From positions 1-64,000 of IMG/VR virus record IMGVR_UViG_3300025141_014981: DNA of 64,000 nucleotides. One strand, given 5' to 3'. Shown one piece after another: positions 50,206-59,477 of the stretch. The stretch comes from a virus. Position 1 is the stretch's first letter. Every line of letters begins with the position of its first letter. The notes beneath the pieces are model-generated. The model worked only from the letters and a program-made list of their open reading frames with translations, was not told where the DNA came from and ran no database searches. The position numbers and the translations under genes were made by a program.

Positions 50206-50946
50206 TTATTTGACTTTATTCTTGATTTGTTCAATATCTTGATCTGTGATTTCAAGATCTTCAATATCTGCTGGGTTGATTCCAAATCGCATATGAACAA
50301 TATTTGCTTCACGCTCTGATAGCTTATTTATAGCTTTTTGTGTTACACTTGTTAGGTCTTTGAATATAACAGTATCTTCTGGCGAAGAAGCCTTTGTGTC
50401 TTCAACAATATCCATGATATCACGACCCTCCGTACCTATAGGCAATTCAAGTGAAATAGTATTTTTTGGCATAGTCATTATCTTATTATAATCACTAATT
50501 GATATATCTATTTCGCCACTCACTTCCTCAGGTGTTGGATCTCTCCCAAGTACAGATCTCAATTTATCAGTAGTCTTAACTATTTTACTTTGTAACAACG
50601 TTGCATACACAGGTCGTCTTATGGTTCTTGACTTATCAGCAATAGCACGAGTAATTCCCTGCCTAATCCACCAAACAACATATGTGCTTAATTTGAAGCC
50701 ATATCTGTAATTGAACTTTTCAATACCACGAATAAGCCCTATAGTACCTTCTTGAATTAAATCATCAAGTGTCAATGAGTTACATTTATACTTTTTTGCA
50801 ACAGATACAACAAGACGAAGATTTGCAGTGATCATTTGCTCTTTTGCTTTTTCATCACCAGCTTCTATTCGTTTTGCTAATTCAACTTCTTGCTTTTTTG
50901 TTAAAAGAGGAACCTTTGAAATTTCTTTAAAGTAATGCTCTAGCAT
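50206..50946 (-). CDS. Sigma-70 family factor with regions 1.2-4.1, lacking 4.2
   Basis: [55 protein letters not shown], then 22 unrelated residues and stop. Confidence 0.92.
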   Translation of the reverse strand: MLEHYFKEISKVPLLTKKQEVELAKRIEAGDEKAKEQMITANLRLVVSVAKKYKCNSLTLDDLIQEGTIGLIRGIEKFNYRYGFKLSTYVVWWIRQGITRAIADKSRTIRRPVYATLLQSKIVKTTDKLRSVLGRDPTPEEVSGEIDISISDYNKIMTMPKNTISLELPIGTEGRDIMDIVEDTKASSPEDTVIFKDLTSVTQKAINKLSEREANIVHMRFGINPADIEDLEITDQDIEQIKNKVK

Positions 50947-51439
50947 AATAGTCCTTCGGGTCTAGCCCTATGTTTTTCCCAATCATATAGATATCAGAGA
51001 GTTTGAGTTTATTCTCACGACTTGCTATATTCATGGTCATATATGTACCTGAGTAGGCTTTTTTTCCTGTCCAGAAAGCAATTAGGCTAGTTCCATTACG
51101 AATCATGGCCTCATTTCTATCACGATATGTTGTTCCCTTTTCAAGTTTTATTATATGTGTAGCATATTCATGTACATCTTTTGGTACTTTACTTAGGTTA
51201 CTTGGCAGGATTGCTATATGCTTTGTGTCTGGAAAATATTTTGTAATCATTTGGGCTACAAAATAATCAACCCCAATACAACCACCAGTGATGAACCCAT
51301 CAGGTTCAACCATGTTAGAGATAACAAATTCAATTAAAGATTTATCTTCTTTAGAAATAATTTGTGAACCAGTAAATGCAACTATACTAGTTCCAGACAA
51401 TAGTGTTCTCACTATTATGCAACAATAAAGCTTGCACAA
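50927..51439 (-). CDS. SLOG superfamily (DprA/YspA-like) protein; start uncertain
   Basis: [29 protein letters not shown]. Confidence 0.7.
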   Translation of the reverse strand: MCKLYCCIIVRTLLSGTSIVAFTGSQIISKEDKSLIEFVISNMVEPDGFITGGCIGVDYFVAQMITKYFPDTKHIAILPSNLSKVPKDVHEYATHIIKLEKGTTYRDRNEAMIRNGTSLIAFWTGKKAYSGTYMTMNIASRENKLKLSDIYMIGKNIGLDPKDYYARALL

Positions 51440-51578
51440 CGACTACCAAGCCATCATTTACAAATTCTTCACCATGCTCTTCTTCTATTGATTTAATATC
51501 ATTAAGTGTAGAGATTAGTGTGAGTGTGCCTAAAATGTTATTAATTGTGTTAACAATGCTTTCAGGTTTAGTTGCCAT
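51387..51578 (-). CDS. Hypothetical protein
   Basis: Short ORF on the coding strand. Confidence 0.5.
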   Translation of the reverse strand: MATKPESIVNTINNILGTLTLISTLNDIKSIEEEHGEEFVNDGLVVVVQALLLHNSENTIVWN

Positions 51579-51765
51579 TTTCGTCTTTATATTCTTGAAG
51601 CAATGAATCTATGATGCTTTCATCTTCATTATCAATTAAGTCATGTTCATTGGACACCTCATGAAAGCCATAAAGTGCTAACTCATCACCGTCATTGTCC
51701 GAGTATACCCAATCATTTTCTTGATCATGAAATATTTCACGTTCATGAAACTTTTTACCTATCAT
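51568..51765 (-). CDS. Acidic hypothetical protein
   Basis: AAGGT RBS. Confidence 0.55.
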   Translation of the reverse strand: MIGKKFHEREIFHDQENDWVYSDNDGDELALYGFHEVSNEHDLIDNEDESIIDSLLQEYKDENGN

Positions 51766-51792
51766 TAATTTACCTTTATTTATATTGTATCA

Positions 51793-52107
51793 TTAGTTTT
51801 CTAAATGTTTCAGAAAATTGGCTTTAAATTTGTCACTAAATACAATACCTTTATCTTCTAATTCTGAGAGACGCTTTAGTAAAAAGATATCTAATTCACT
51901 TTTACCAACAATAAACTCAATTGGAACTCTAGATCTAGATCGTTTAACAAAGACATCTGCTTCAGTAAATACGATACCGGTATCTTTGTGCTCAGCACTT
52001 AGATGATATGCTGGATTATTATTTATTTCAATTGCTTTTTTCGAAAATGCATCTTGAAGATCTAGTAGAAGCTTATAGTTTTCTTTAGTTAATAACTTGT
52101 CACTCAT
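51793..52107 (-). CDS. Hypothetical protein
   Basis: ATGA overlap. Confidence 0.55.
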   Translation of the reverse strand: MSDKLLTKENYKLLLDLQDAFSKKAIEINNNPAYHLSAEHKDTGIVFTEADVFVKRSRSRVPIEFIVGKSELDIFLLKRLSELEDKGIVFSDKFKANFLKHLEN

Positions 52108-52412
52108 CTGTCAATAATTGCTATTTGTGTGAATGGGCCCAAAAAGTTAGATAATATGAATTCAATTCTAGTGTTATTGCGCTTCCAATGCGTCAATGAT
52201 CCCTTAGTAAATCCAGGTTCAGATGCTTCATCTCTATGATAACCATTCTCTCTAATAATCTTTAAGATTGCACGCGTATGCCCATGTCCCTCTAGTTGAA
52301 AGTTTGATTTAGCTCCATCTAAGATTGATGCATAAATCAAAGCATGATTGTTATTCTCTTTTGCCCAATCTGGAGCATCAAGCACTTTATCTAATTTTTC
52401 AAATATATTCAT
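52104..52412 (-). CDS. Hypothetical protein (start moved to MNIFEK, downstream of the tRNA)
   Basis: The track GTG start at 52430 lies inside tRNA-Ile; ATG at 52412. Confidence 0.55.
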   Translation of the reverse strand: MNIFEKLDKVLDAPDWAKENNNHALIYASILDGAKSNFQLEGHGHTRAILKIIRENGYHRDEASEPGFTKGSLTHWKRNNTRIEFILSNFLGPFTQIAIIDR

Positions 52413-52423
52413 ATCATCTCTAG

Positions 52424-52496
52424 TGCGCACACGTAGACTTGAACTACGAGTTTCCGGTCATCAGCCGGAGGTTTTAACCAATTAAACTATGCGCGC
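52424..52496 (-). tRNA. tRNA-Ile(GAU), CCA not encoded
   Basis: GCGCGCA/UGUGCGC acceptor, GUUU/AAAC D stem, UCCGG-CUGAUGA-CCGGA anticodon arm, CGUAG-UUCAAGU-CUACG T arm, A73. Confidence 0.92.
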
Positions 52497-52500
52497 TTAA

Positions 52501-52716
52501 TTAATCTAAGATTACTTTAATCTTAGGATTTGTGAATTCCCATAGGTGCCAAATTTGTGATCTAGCACCATTTTCCCAAAGTATACCAATGTCTAAACCA
52601 TCTCTACCATCTTCTACTGAAAGTATCTCTCCTGGTGTTCCTTTGACGGATATCAACTTCATTCCAACTTTGATATCCTGTTCATTCATATTACCAAGGA
52701 GTATTGTCTTAGTCAT
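52501..52716 (-). CDS. Hypothetical SH3-like protein
   Basis: IKVGMKL...G.I..V...I.WENG. Confidence 0.5.
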   Translation of the reverse strand: MTKTILLGNMNEQDIKVGMKLISVKGTPGEILSVEDGRDGLDIGILWENGARSQIWHLWEFTNPKIKVILD

Positions 52717-52942
52717 TCATTTCACTTATTGTCTTTTGAATTGAAGCGGCTTGCTTTCTAATCCAGCGCATGTATAGTAAAGCTTTGTCATCAGGAAGCA
52801 TAGTCGCAATACCAATATCCTCAATTGGTACCGGAAATACAAAGTTGTCCTCACGGACTTCATACCATAGTGCTCTATCTCTATAGAACTTAAAATAAAC
52901 TCTTTTATTCTTTACGAGGTCTTTTACAGATAAATTGAACAT
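52709..52942 (-). CDS. Conserved-looking small phage protein
   Basis: F..YR...LWY...F.FPVPIEDIG.A.....DKA...MRWIRK; 7 nt after a -10 box. Confidence 0.7.
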   Translation of the reverse strand: MFNLSVKDLVKNKRVYFKFYRDRALWYEVREDNFVFPVPIEDIGIATMLPDDKALLYMRWIRKQAASIQKTISEMND

Positions 52943-52949
52943 AATATTT

Positions 52950-52978
52950 ATTATATCATTATTTAATGAAATGTTTCA
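52950..52978 (-). promoter_or_regulatory. TGAAACA-N16-TATAAT promoter
   Basis: Exact motif match with TGn extension; ATG 7 nt after -10. Confidence 0.82.
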
Positions 52979-52980
52979 GA

Positions 52981-53232
52981 TTATGAATTTAATTTGTGAA
53001 TGAATTCTAAGTTCAATCGTCGTGCCATCTTTTTTGCAACACGCTCTTCAAGGTTTGCCGTAGCCCAACTATCATAAGGTTTATTAGTTTTCCTATTAAT
53101 CACGGCCCAACTAAATTTTCCTTCCCTACCTATGCGCTTAGCAACAAAGCGTATATCTAAATATATGATATTATTGGCACTATTGTCTTTTTCAGAGCCA
53201 CCATCACCAAGTTGCTTTTTTACGCTCTTCAC
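52981..53232 (-). CDS. Hypothetical protein
   Basis: 83-aa ORF, GTG start. Confidence 0.45.
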   Translation of the reverse strand: MKSVKKQLGDGGSEKDNSANNIIYLDIRFVAKRIGREGKFSWAVINRKTNKPYDSWATANLEERVAKKMARRLNLEFIHKLNS

Positions 53233-53259
53233 GTATATAAGTATTAAAAACTGAGTATG

Positions 53260-53802
53260 TTACTCATCAAAATCTTCTTCTGTGATAAATTCTACACAAA
53301 TTGATTCTAGCTTGCCATCATTGTCACGTGTAATTGTGCAATCATATGCACCATCACCAAATCCAGTACTACTACATGCTGCAACTTGCTTATCATCGAT
53401 GCTATAAATTCCAGCTTGCTTTACTGTATTTGTTGAGTATGTTGCATTACAAGCATCATTATAAAGCCCCGACCCACCATAGTCACCCTCATGGATATAA
53501 CATGGATCTGAAATTACTAATGCTTGCTCTTCGTTATCAATTTTGACTTTACCTACAAAGTCTACATCAACAGGTTTTGGTAGGTCATCACGTTGTAATA
53601 TGAAATGACTTACACGAATACCCCAGCTACCTGAATCAACTTCCCGTACAAAGCTATTATATTCATTGTTCAATCCCTTGACAAGACCGATTCCGTTACC
53701 TGGCTTTGCAAAGCCAGATCCCTCTTTTGCACCACTGTATTGTGGAATAAATGCCACTTGCCCTGAGTCAACCCAAACTTCAAATGTTTCTTGCTTATTC
53801 AT
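53260..53802 (-). CDS. DUF4241-like protein
   Basis: VDSGQ, ISDPCY, SSTGFGDGAYD. Confidence 0.65.
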   Translation of the reverse strand: MNKQETFEVWVDSGQVAFIPQYSGAKEGSGFAKPGNGIGLVKGLNNEYNSFVREVDSGSWGIRVSHFILQRDDLPKPVDVDFVGKVKIDNEEQALVISDPCYIHEGDYGGSGLYNDACNATYSTNTVKQAGIYSIDDKQVAACSSTGFGDGAYDCTITRDNDGKLESICVEFITEEDFDE

Positions 53803-54934
53803 TTTCTCTTCCTTTGTCTTCTTGAACTCTTTCTTCTAAGATATCACACCATTGTGATGTTTGCATTTCTGTTCCAGTTGGAACCATATTCAAAAACGCT
53901 GATGCATTTATTACATAAGATGAATAAAAGTCATGACGCCGTGGCTCGAACCGCTCGAGCTGAAGACACGCATATTTCGCATTTGCATTTTTTATATAAG
54001 TGTATGCTTGTTCTTTTTTTATTTGTATAACATCTGTAGGTACTATAAGTTTACCTATGCTTTCAATAAATGAGTGGTTTTTTGAAATTGAATAGCCCCA
54101 CGTATTAATTCCGCTTGATTGAAGCTTTGTATCAAAAGTTTTTTGATCAATTTCTGAGTTGTGTAATTCAAGCCATAACCCATGATTTTTTTGTGTACGT
54201 GAATAATACTTTGAGGGTTTTATTAATCTGTTGTTTACTCCCCATGCCCATGAACCTCTTTGATATTCATATGTTTCTTGTGTCTTCCCATATACTTTGG
54301 TATCAACAAAACCAAGAAGTACCTTAGTTATTCCACTTTTTGTTCTGTATATCGTACCGACTTCTAATTCTGAATTGGGGATTTTCTTTTTCTTACCACG
54401 TATAGTTGTCTCTTTGAGTGCTTTATGTAATTCTGAATTAGCTCTAATTAGTTTCATTTGTGAACCAACTCTTGCCCAAAGAAATTCACCGTTCAGCACA
54501 CCACCAGGTTGTATTCCAACTCTAAGAATTGTGTCTAATAATACATCTTCTCTAAGGTCAAAATAGAATCCTTCATTGGTGACAACTTTATATGCCCGCC
54601 CACCTTGTGAGTGTGTCTCAAGATTGACAATTTTCAATCCTACAAGTGGCTTGTTATCAACAGCCTTGATAACTGGTTCCTGTGTCGATACTTGTATACT
54701 TCGCTGAGCCTTTTCATCCCATTTATAAATTGCTTTTGTTGCCCAATGTTTGCCGGTCTCAATAGATTTATTATTTGTCGCACTTGTACAAAATGCAGGA
54801 ATTACTTCAACATCTTCATCAATTGGTACATCGATTCGATCCCACATATGTCGTTTGATTTTTTTCTTGCTACCTTCCCCATAGATATAGGCTAACTTAG
54901 TTGGAATGTCTTCAATACGTATATTACTTGCCAT
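53795..54934 (-). CDS. Hypothetical phage protein
   Basis: 379-aa ORF with GGGAG RBS; GGRAYKV...FDLREDVLLD. Confidence 0.75.
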   Translation of the reverse strand: MASNIRIEDIPTKLAYIYGEGSKKKIKRHMWDRIDVPIDEDVEVIPAFCTSATNNKSIETGKHWATKAIYKWDEKAQRSIQVSTQEPVIKAVDNKPLVGLKIVNLETHSQGGRAYKVVTNEGFYFDLREDVLLDTILRVGIQPGGVLNGEFLWARVGSQMKLIRANSELHKALKETTIRGKKKKIPNSELEVGTIYRTKSGITKVLLGFVDTKVYGKTQETYEYQRGSWAWGVNNRLIKPSKYYSRTQKNHGLWLELHNSEIDQKTFDTKLQSSGINTWGYSISKNHSFIESIGKLIVPTDVIQIKKEQAYTYIKNANAKYACLQLERFEPRRHDFYSSYVINASAFLNMVPTGTEMQTSQWCDILEERVQEDKGRENE

Positions 54935-55055
54935 TGTTTTCTCCCTTTAAAGGATTTTTAATTTTATAGGTATTTACCCCTATAGAATGTTTCGCAGAAT
55001 TTCTCGGGGCCTACGGCGGCCTCCCGATTATCTATTTACAAGGAATTATTCATCC

Positions 55056-55364
55056 TTAGATAACCTCAATGCCTACAACTTTATATTGCCCGTAACTAAG
55101 CAATTTTTCAAAATCAAATATTTGATAGTTGCTTCTTTGATACATGAATAACCAATCATCACATTTTATTACAAATGCTTTCTTGAAGAAAAGGGATGTT
55201 CCATCTTTGAAGACAAGTGACACACAATATTGAAAACGTATATCATCACCCCTTACTGTTTCATTGAACATGCGGGCTCTATGAGCCGCTTCAGGATAAC
55301 TAATATCTATTGTTATTTCTTTTGGTGTAACTTGATCACGAATAATTTCTGTTTCATGTAGCAT
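55056..55364 (-). CDS. Hypothetical protein
   Basis: Overlaps the upstream gene. Confidence 0.55.
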   Translation of the reverse strand: MLHETEIIRDQVTPKEITIDISYPEAAHRARMFNETVRGDDIRFQYCVSLVFKDGTSLFFKKAFVIKCDDWLFMYQRSNYQIFDFEKLLSYGQYKVVGIEVI

Positions 55365-55578
55365 TTTTTATTATCGCCAATAATTCACGTGTACCAATGA
55401 GCACACATTTGTTTGTAATTTCTTCAATTCTCCGCTTAGGGATATCATAATGTGGAAATTTACCAGCATGATACCAACAACGTTTTATATTTAATGACTT
55501 TGCCATCTTATGTAAGTTACCTACACCATAGGGTTTACAAATTAGATGTCGCTTATTGTCACATAGATATGTAAGCAT
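55354..55578 (-). CDS. DUF4031-like protein
   Basis: NLHKMA..L.IKRCWYH....HYDIP. Confidence 0.65.
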   Translation of the reverse strand: MLTYLCDNKRHLICKPYGVGNLHKMAKSLNIKRCWYHAGKFPHYDIPKRRIEEITNKCVLIGTRELLAIIKNAT

Positions 55579-55579
55579 G

Positions 55580-56155
55580 TTACAGCTTACAGGTTTCTAA
55601 TACCTTAGCAAGAACTTTTGCAATATTCTCTGCATCATCATGACCTCTATGATGTGTTCCTTTAAGGGGAATATCAAAGTGCTTCAATCCACCAAGCATA
55701 CCACACTCTTGACCATTGTTGCAAAGCAATGCAAACAATGATTTCACATTCAAGTGGCGCGGCCCAAATGGGTAAAGTGAATCTTTGAATGGATAGATCT
55801 TTTGTGTTCCCTCAAACATCTTACGATCATAGTCACCCCAGCTTGCCCACATTCTATTTTTAGTAAAATATTCTTGTTTCAAGATATCAATCGCCTTAAG
55901 CATGCTAATGCCTGATCCAGTAATCATCTTAGGTGTCAATGTAGTTAACTCTGTACAGAATTTGCTTACTGTTGACTTGATTGGCTTCACTAAGATGCTT
56001 TTCTTATCAGTGATTTCGAAATCATCTAAATGTAGACAGCAAATCCCTATTTCAATAATCTCACTTACTTGACCGCCCCCCTGACCACGTTCCCAACATG
56101 TGCTTTCAACATCAACAACATTTATTATTTTGTGTTGTCTTTTCTTTTTGCTCAT
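55580..56155 (-). CDS. DEDDh exonuclease (ERI1/KapD-like)
   Basis: VDVESTCW, EIIEIG, FCTELT, WGDYD, HHRGHDDA. Confidence 0.9.
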   Translation of the reverse strand: MSKKKRQHKIINVVDVESTCWERGQGGGQVSEIIEIGICCLHLDDFEITDKKSILVKPIKSTVSKFCTELTTLTPKMITGSGISMLKAIDILKQEYFTKNRMWASWGDYDRKMFEGTQKIYPFKDSLYPFGPRHLNVKSLFALLCNNGQECGMLGGLKHFDIPLKGTHHRGHDDAENIAKVLAKVLETCKL

Positions 56156-56403
56156 GATACTCTTGGTTTATTTAGGTGTGGGAAGCAACGCTTACATCCA
56201 ACATTTGCACATGCTGGCCCTTCACCTGCTTGATGATTATTTGTCTTTACACCCTGTGACCGCCGTGCTTTTAATCTTGAGCGCTTTGCAGATCTTGATT
56301 CTTTTCCGCCAGCCATTGATTCATATGCTGTTTTACGAATTTGATTTTTAGTTCGAGTCTTCAGCTTATTTTGTTGTGCTCGTCTTTTTCCTGCTTTACT
56401 CAT
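56152..56403 (-). CDS. Very basic protein with C-terminal Cys cluster
   Basis: K/R-rich; H...CANVGCKRC. Confidence 0.65.
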   Translation of the reverse strand: MSKAGKRRAQQNKLKTRTKNQIRKTAYESMAGGKESRSAKRSRLKARRSQGVKTNNHQAGEGPACANVGCKRCFPHLNKPRVS

Positions 56404-56617
56404 TTGTATTGTCCGATATAATAATTTTATCTGATGTCCAAGTTTTTGGTGCTTTCTTCATTTTTACCACTGGTAAGTCATTATCTTTTATTGCACCACA
56501 CTCTTCACATGTCGGTGTTGGCGCTATAATCCCCCACCACATTTGTGGCACAGTGACATTCCCACCACAAATACTGCATTTGCCAATTGTCTTAGTGTTT
56601 ACAAAGTTACTATTCAT
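56396..56617 (-). CDS. Zinc-ribbon protein
   Basis: CSICGG...CEECG; AGGAG RBS. Confidence 0.7.
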   Translation of the reverse strand: MNSNFVNTKTIGKCSICGGNVTVPQMWWGIIAPTPTCEECGAIKDNDLPVVKMKKAPKTWTSDKIIISDNTNE

Positions 56618-56637
56618 TAAATTTCTCCTAGTTTATT

Positions 56638-56666
56638 ATTATATACCAATGAAGAAATATGTTTCA
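56638..56666 (-). promoter_or_regulatory. TGAAACA-N16-TATAAT promoter
   Basis: Exact motif match, just 3' of tRNA-Arg. Confidence 0.8.
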
Positions 56667-56675
56667 CATTTATAG

Positions 56676-56751
56676 TACCCATGGCACGATTTGAACGCGC
56701 GACAACCTCGGTTCGTAGCCGAGTGCTCTAATTCCGCTGAGCTACATGGGC
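56676..56751 (-). tRNA. tRNA-Arg(ACG), CCA not encoded
   Basis: GCCCAUG/CAUGGGU acceptor, GCUC/GAGC D stem, CUCGG-CUACGAA-CCGAG, GCGCG-UUCAAAU-CGUGC. Confidence 0.92.
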
Positions 56752-56759
56752 ATTAATAA

Positions 56760-57602
56760 TTAATCAGTCCAGTTGATCTTTGGACAATAATTCTCTTTCG
56801 CTGCTTTAATATAACTTCCAAAGAAAGTGAATACATCACTTACACGCTTACCAAGTCGCTCAATGAAATTACTCCCAATTAATATTTCTGAACCTAGTAT
56901 AACACCGACACCAATTGTAATGGCACCAGCGCATGCCAAAATTAACATGGCAGTATCTAATGTAATATTAACAATTATAAACATTATTAGTGTTCCAAGC
57001 ACCCACCCTACTACACCAGATAAAACCACCAAGCTGAATTTAGCTATTGGCTTTGTAAACCTGATAATAGTATTAAACAAATTATTCATTCGAATGAAGT
57101 TTCTTTCTTTTCGCTCACTTGACTTCTCTATTGCTATTCTTCGTTTTTCTTGTGCCTCATTCCATTCTTGAACATACTGTTTGACATGCTCATCAATAGA
57201 AATGTCATTATCAAGCCTTGACTTCCACTCAACCCAACAACTATAGTAGAACGAATAATATCTTTCATACTCGTACCTACCATAGAACGCCACATGAGAT
57301 CGCCACATCAACATGTATAAATCATACATCTCAACATTTGATGCTCTATCAAGCCATTGATTTACACTTGTAACATTTCTGTTATCAATATCAATAAATG
57401 TAACAACAAGGTTGGCAAGTTTGCTAAACGGAAATGCTATAAGTCTAAAAATACCAACAGGAGCAGCCACAGACATACAAAAGATTGTCAACCAGAAATA
57501 TGGACAATAGTTATCATATCGTTTAATATGCTTTTTGAAAATCCACTTTTGTAACCCCCAACTAAATGCTCTTTCGCTTACATTGACGCCATTGCTAAGC
57601 AT
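56760..57602 (-). CDS. Membrane protein
   Basis: Three hydrophobic segments; YCPYFW and YCPKINW motifs. Confidence 0.7.
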   Translation of the reverse strand: MLSNGVNVSERAFSWGLQKWIFKKHIKRYDNYCPYFWLTIFCMSVAAPVGIFRLIAFPFSKLANLVVTFIDIDNRNVTSVNQWLDRASNVEMYDLYMLMWRSHVAFYGRYEYERYYSFYYSCWVEWKSRLDNDISIDEHVKQYVQEWNEAQEKRRIAIEKSSERKERNFIRMNNLFNTIIRFTKPIAKFSLVVLSGVVGWVLGTLIMFIIVNITLDTAMLILACAGAITIGVGVILGSEILIGSNFIERLGKRVSDVFTFFGSYIKAAKENYCPKINWTD

Positions 57603-57853
57603 TACTTTCTACTTTTTCTTTTTTTATCTTTCTTGCGATTGCTTTTAACTCCACCAAACTTATCTTGTAAACGCTGAATAGTTGCAACACTTTCAAGCTT
57701 AGTACGTTCTTTTTTTGCACCGATGTCTTTACCCAATAATCTATCAAGTTCTACAAGCTGCTCATCAGAACTACGTTCTTCATAAGCAGCTTGACGCTCG
57801 GTTGCTTCTAGCTGACGTTGTTCTTTGCGACCTGGAAAATTCATTCTTTTCAT
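57602..57853 (-). CDS. Basic hypothetical protein
   Basis: EQL..LD..LG...GAKKER.KL; AAGGA RBS. Confidence 0.7.
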   Translation of the reverse strand: MKRMNFPGRKEQRQLEATERQAAYEERSSDEQLVELDRLLGKDIGAKKERTKLESVATIQRLQDKFGGVKSNRKKDKKRKSRK

Positions 57854-57874
57854 TTTTATTCCTTATCTGTGATA

Positions 57875-57903
57875 ATTTTATCATTCATTGATGAAATGTT
57901 TCA
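57875..57903 (-). promoter_or_regulatory. TGAAACA-N16-TAAAAT promoter
   Basis: Motif match with TGn extension. Confidence 0.8.
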
Positions 57904-57905
57904 CT

Positions 57906-58559
57906 TTATAGTTCTAGTATATCTTCTGGATTAGCTTTTTCTAACTCTTCGTATTCTTTTTCTAGAATCCATTCCTGCATAGCAGCGTCAATCTCACTTG
58001 GCATTACTTCATCAATCATATACCTAGGTCCAACTAATACGAGTTGACCTAATTTACTTCTTATTTTAAGGGTATCAAAGAACTTTATTGTACTTGCTTT
58101 ACCAAATATTACCAATGCTGGTAATGGTAATGCTAAAAATGGCCACCATGATTCAAATACGAGACCAAAAAATGGTACAAGTACCATAGTAATTAAAATA
58201 AGCCCCACTCCTATTTGTGCTATAGTTGACTTGTCTTTGTTTACAACATATTTTATTTGGTCCCAAATTGGTGAATTAATATGTTTGCTTTTTATATTTG
58301 CATCTACAAGATATTCTTTTGCATACTTGTTATACGCAAATAGCGTTCTTGCAACTTCCTCTTTTCTAATTCTATCACGAACATCACGTATTGCTTTAAG
58401 CTCTAGAGCACTCGGATTATTACCCTTTATACGAACTTCAAGTATTGCTTGTTCAAGTTGCTCTTTATTGAGTTCAGATGTTGACATATTTTTCAATATA
58501 CTCTCTGTCTTGTGAGAAGATAGGAATTCCAAGGTCACACTTCCAAGCTCCATTGTCAT
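57906..58559 (-). CDS. Membrane protein (start probably MSTSEL)
   Basis: Hydrophobic hairpin IGVGLILITMVLVPFFG...WWPFLALPLPALVIF. Confidence 0.6.
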   Translation of the reverse strand: MTMELGSVTLEFLSSHKTESILKNMSTSELNKEQLEQAILEVRIKGNNPSALELKAIRDVRDRIRKEEVARTLFAYNKYAKEYLVDANIKSKHINSPIWDQIKYVVNKDKSTIAQIGVGLILITMVLVPFFGLVFESWWPFLALPLPALVIFGKASTIKFFDTLKIRSKLGQLVLVGPRYMIDEVMPSEIDAAMQEWILEKEYEELEKANPEDILEL

Positions 58560-59178
58560 CTTTTATAATACATGTACCACGCTTTTGCCATATATGACAA
58601 TCATTCCAGTTAATTTTGTGTTCTGAATGAAGTTTTTCTTGAAGCTTTGTACCATTTAACCCTTGTAGCTCTTTATGTGAAAAGAAGCTTCTTGCTAATG
58701 ACTGAATGCTGTTTTTTGTTGCATCTTGCTGACGCCATAAGAAGTAATTAGTCACTTCTTCTCTTGGAAGAACAAAGCACCTGCTATCAAATGTTGGTCG
58801 GTCGGCACATCTATTTGCAATAAATGCTGCAGTTGCAATGCTTGCTGAGACAGATGCAATCTTTTGTGTGTTTTTACCAAACCATGGTTGAGTATTTAAG
58901 TTTTTGTAATCTTGTACAAGAATGCTGATTTCATCACTTTGTGTGTACGCAAATTGTGCACCAGCAATCTCTTTACAAAGTGCTTTAGCTGTTTCACACA
59001 TTACATTATGAACACTTGCATCCCATGGTTTTTCTGCATCTCGTAATAATGTATGAAATGCGCGCCCATCAATACGAATAATCATTGGTGTGCGTAAAGT
59101 CAAAAACATCTTTGAAGCACTTTCATAACACTTCATGCGCTCCCCCAATGAATTACGAGTATTTTGTTTTTTACACAT
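58474..59178 (-). CDS. tRNA(His) guanylyltransferase Thg1 / Thg1-like 3'-5' polymerase
   Basis: LGERMK.YE, IRIDGRAFH, QSDEIS, FDSR, NYFLWRQQDA.KNS, KRG. Confidence 0.95.
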   Translation of the reverse strand: MCKKQNTRNSLGERMKCYESASKMFLTLRTPMIIRIDGRAFHTLLRDAEKPWDASVHNVMCETAKALCKEIAGAQFAYTQSDEISILVQDYKNLNTQPWFGKNTQKIASVSASIATAAFIANRCADRPTFDSRCFVLPREEVTNYFLWRQQDATKNSIQSLARSFFSHKELQGLNGTKLQEKLHSEHKINWNDCHIWQKRGTCIIKDDNGAWKCDLGIPIFSQDREYIEKYVNI

Positions 59179-59452
59179 TTGGAATTTTAAATAATCCGCA
59201 CCAGCTTACAGTGGTGCCATTGGTGTATACCCAACAAGGATGATTTTCAAGTTCATTGACATCTAATACTTTCGTTTTAAATAAAAACTGCCTAAGTGCA
59301 TCTTTGCTAAAGGATAACTCATAACAAAACTTTTCGCTCAACCATACGGTGAACCAAAGCTTTGGTTCTATATTTCCTTTTGTGCGTAAGCCAAAGCTGA
59401 CATTCTTGATCACAGCCATGGTCTTGATTGATGTATTAGAATCATCAAGCAT
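59171..59452 (-). CDS. Hypothetical protein
   Basis: AAGGA upstream; overlaps the Thg1 start. Confidence 0.55.
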   Translation of the reverse strand: MLDDSNTSIKTMAVIKNVSFGLRTKGNIEPKLWFTVWLSEKFCYELSFSKDALRQFLFKTKVLDVNELENHPCWVYTNGTTVSWCGLFKIPNV

Positions 59453-59477
59453 AATATTATGCTTTCCTTTGTAAGGG

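Noticed and set aside
53941-53960. GGTTCGA T-loop-like hairpin
   Set aside because: Lies inside the 379-aa CDS with no acceptor stem around it
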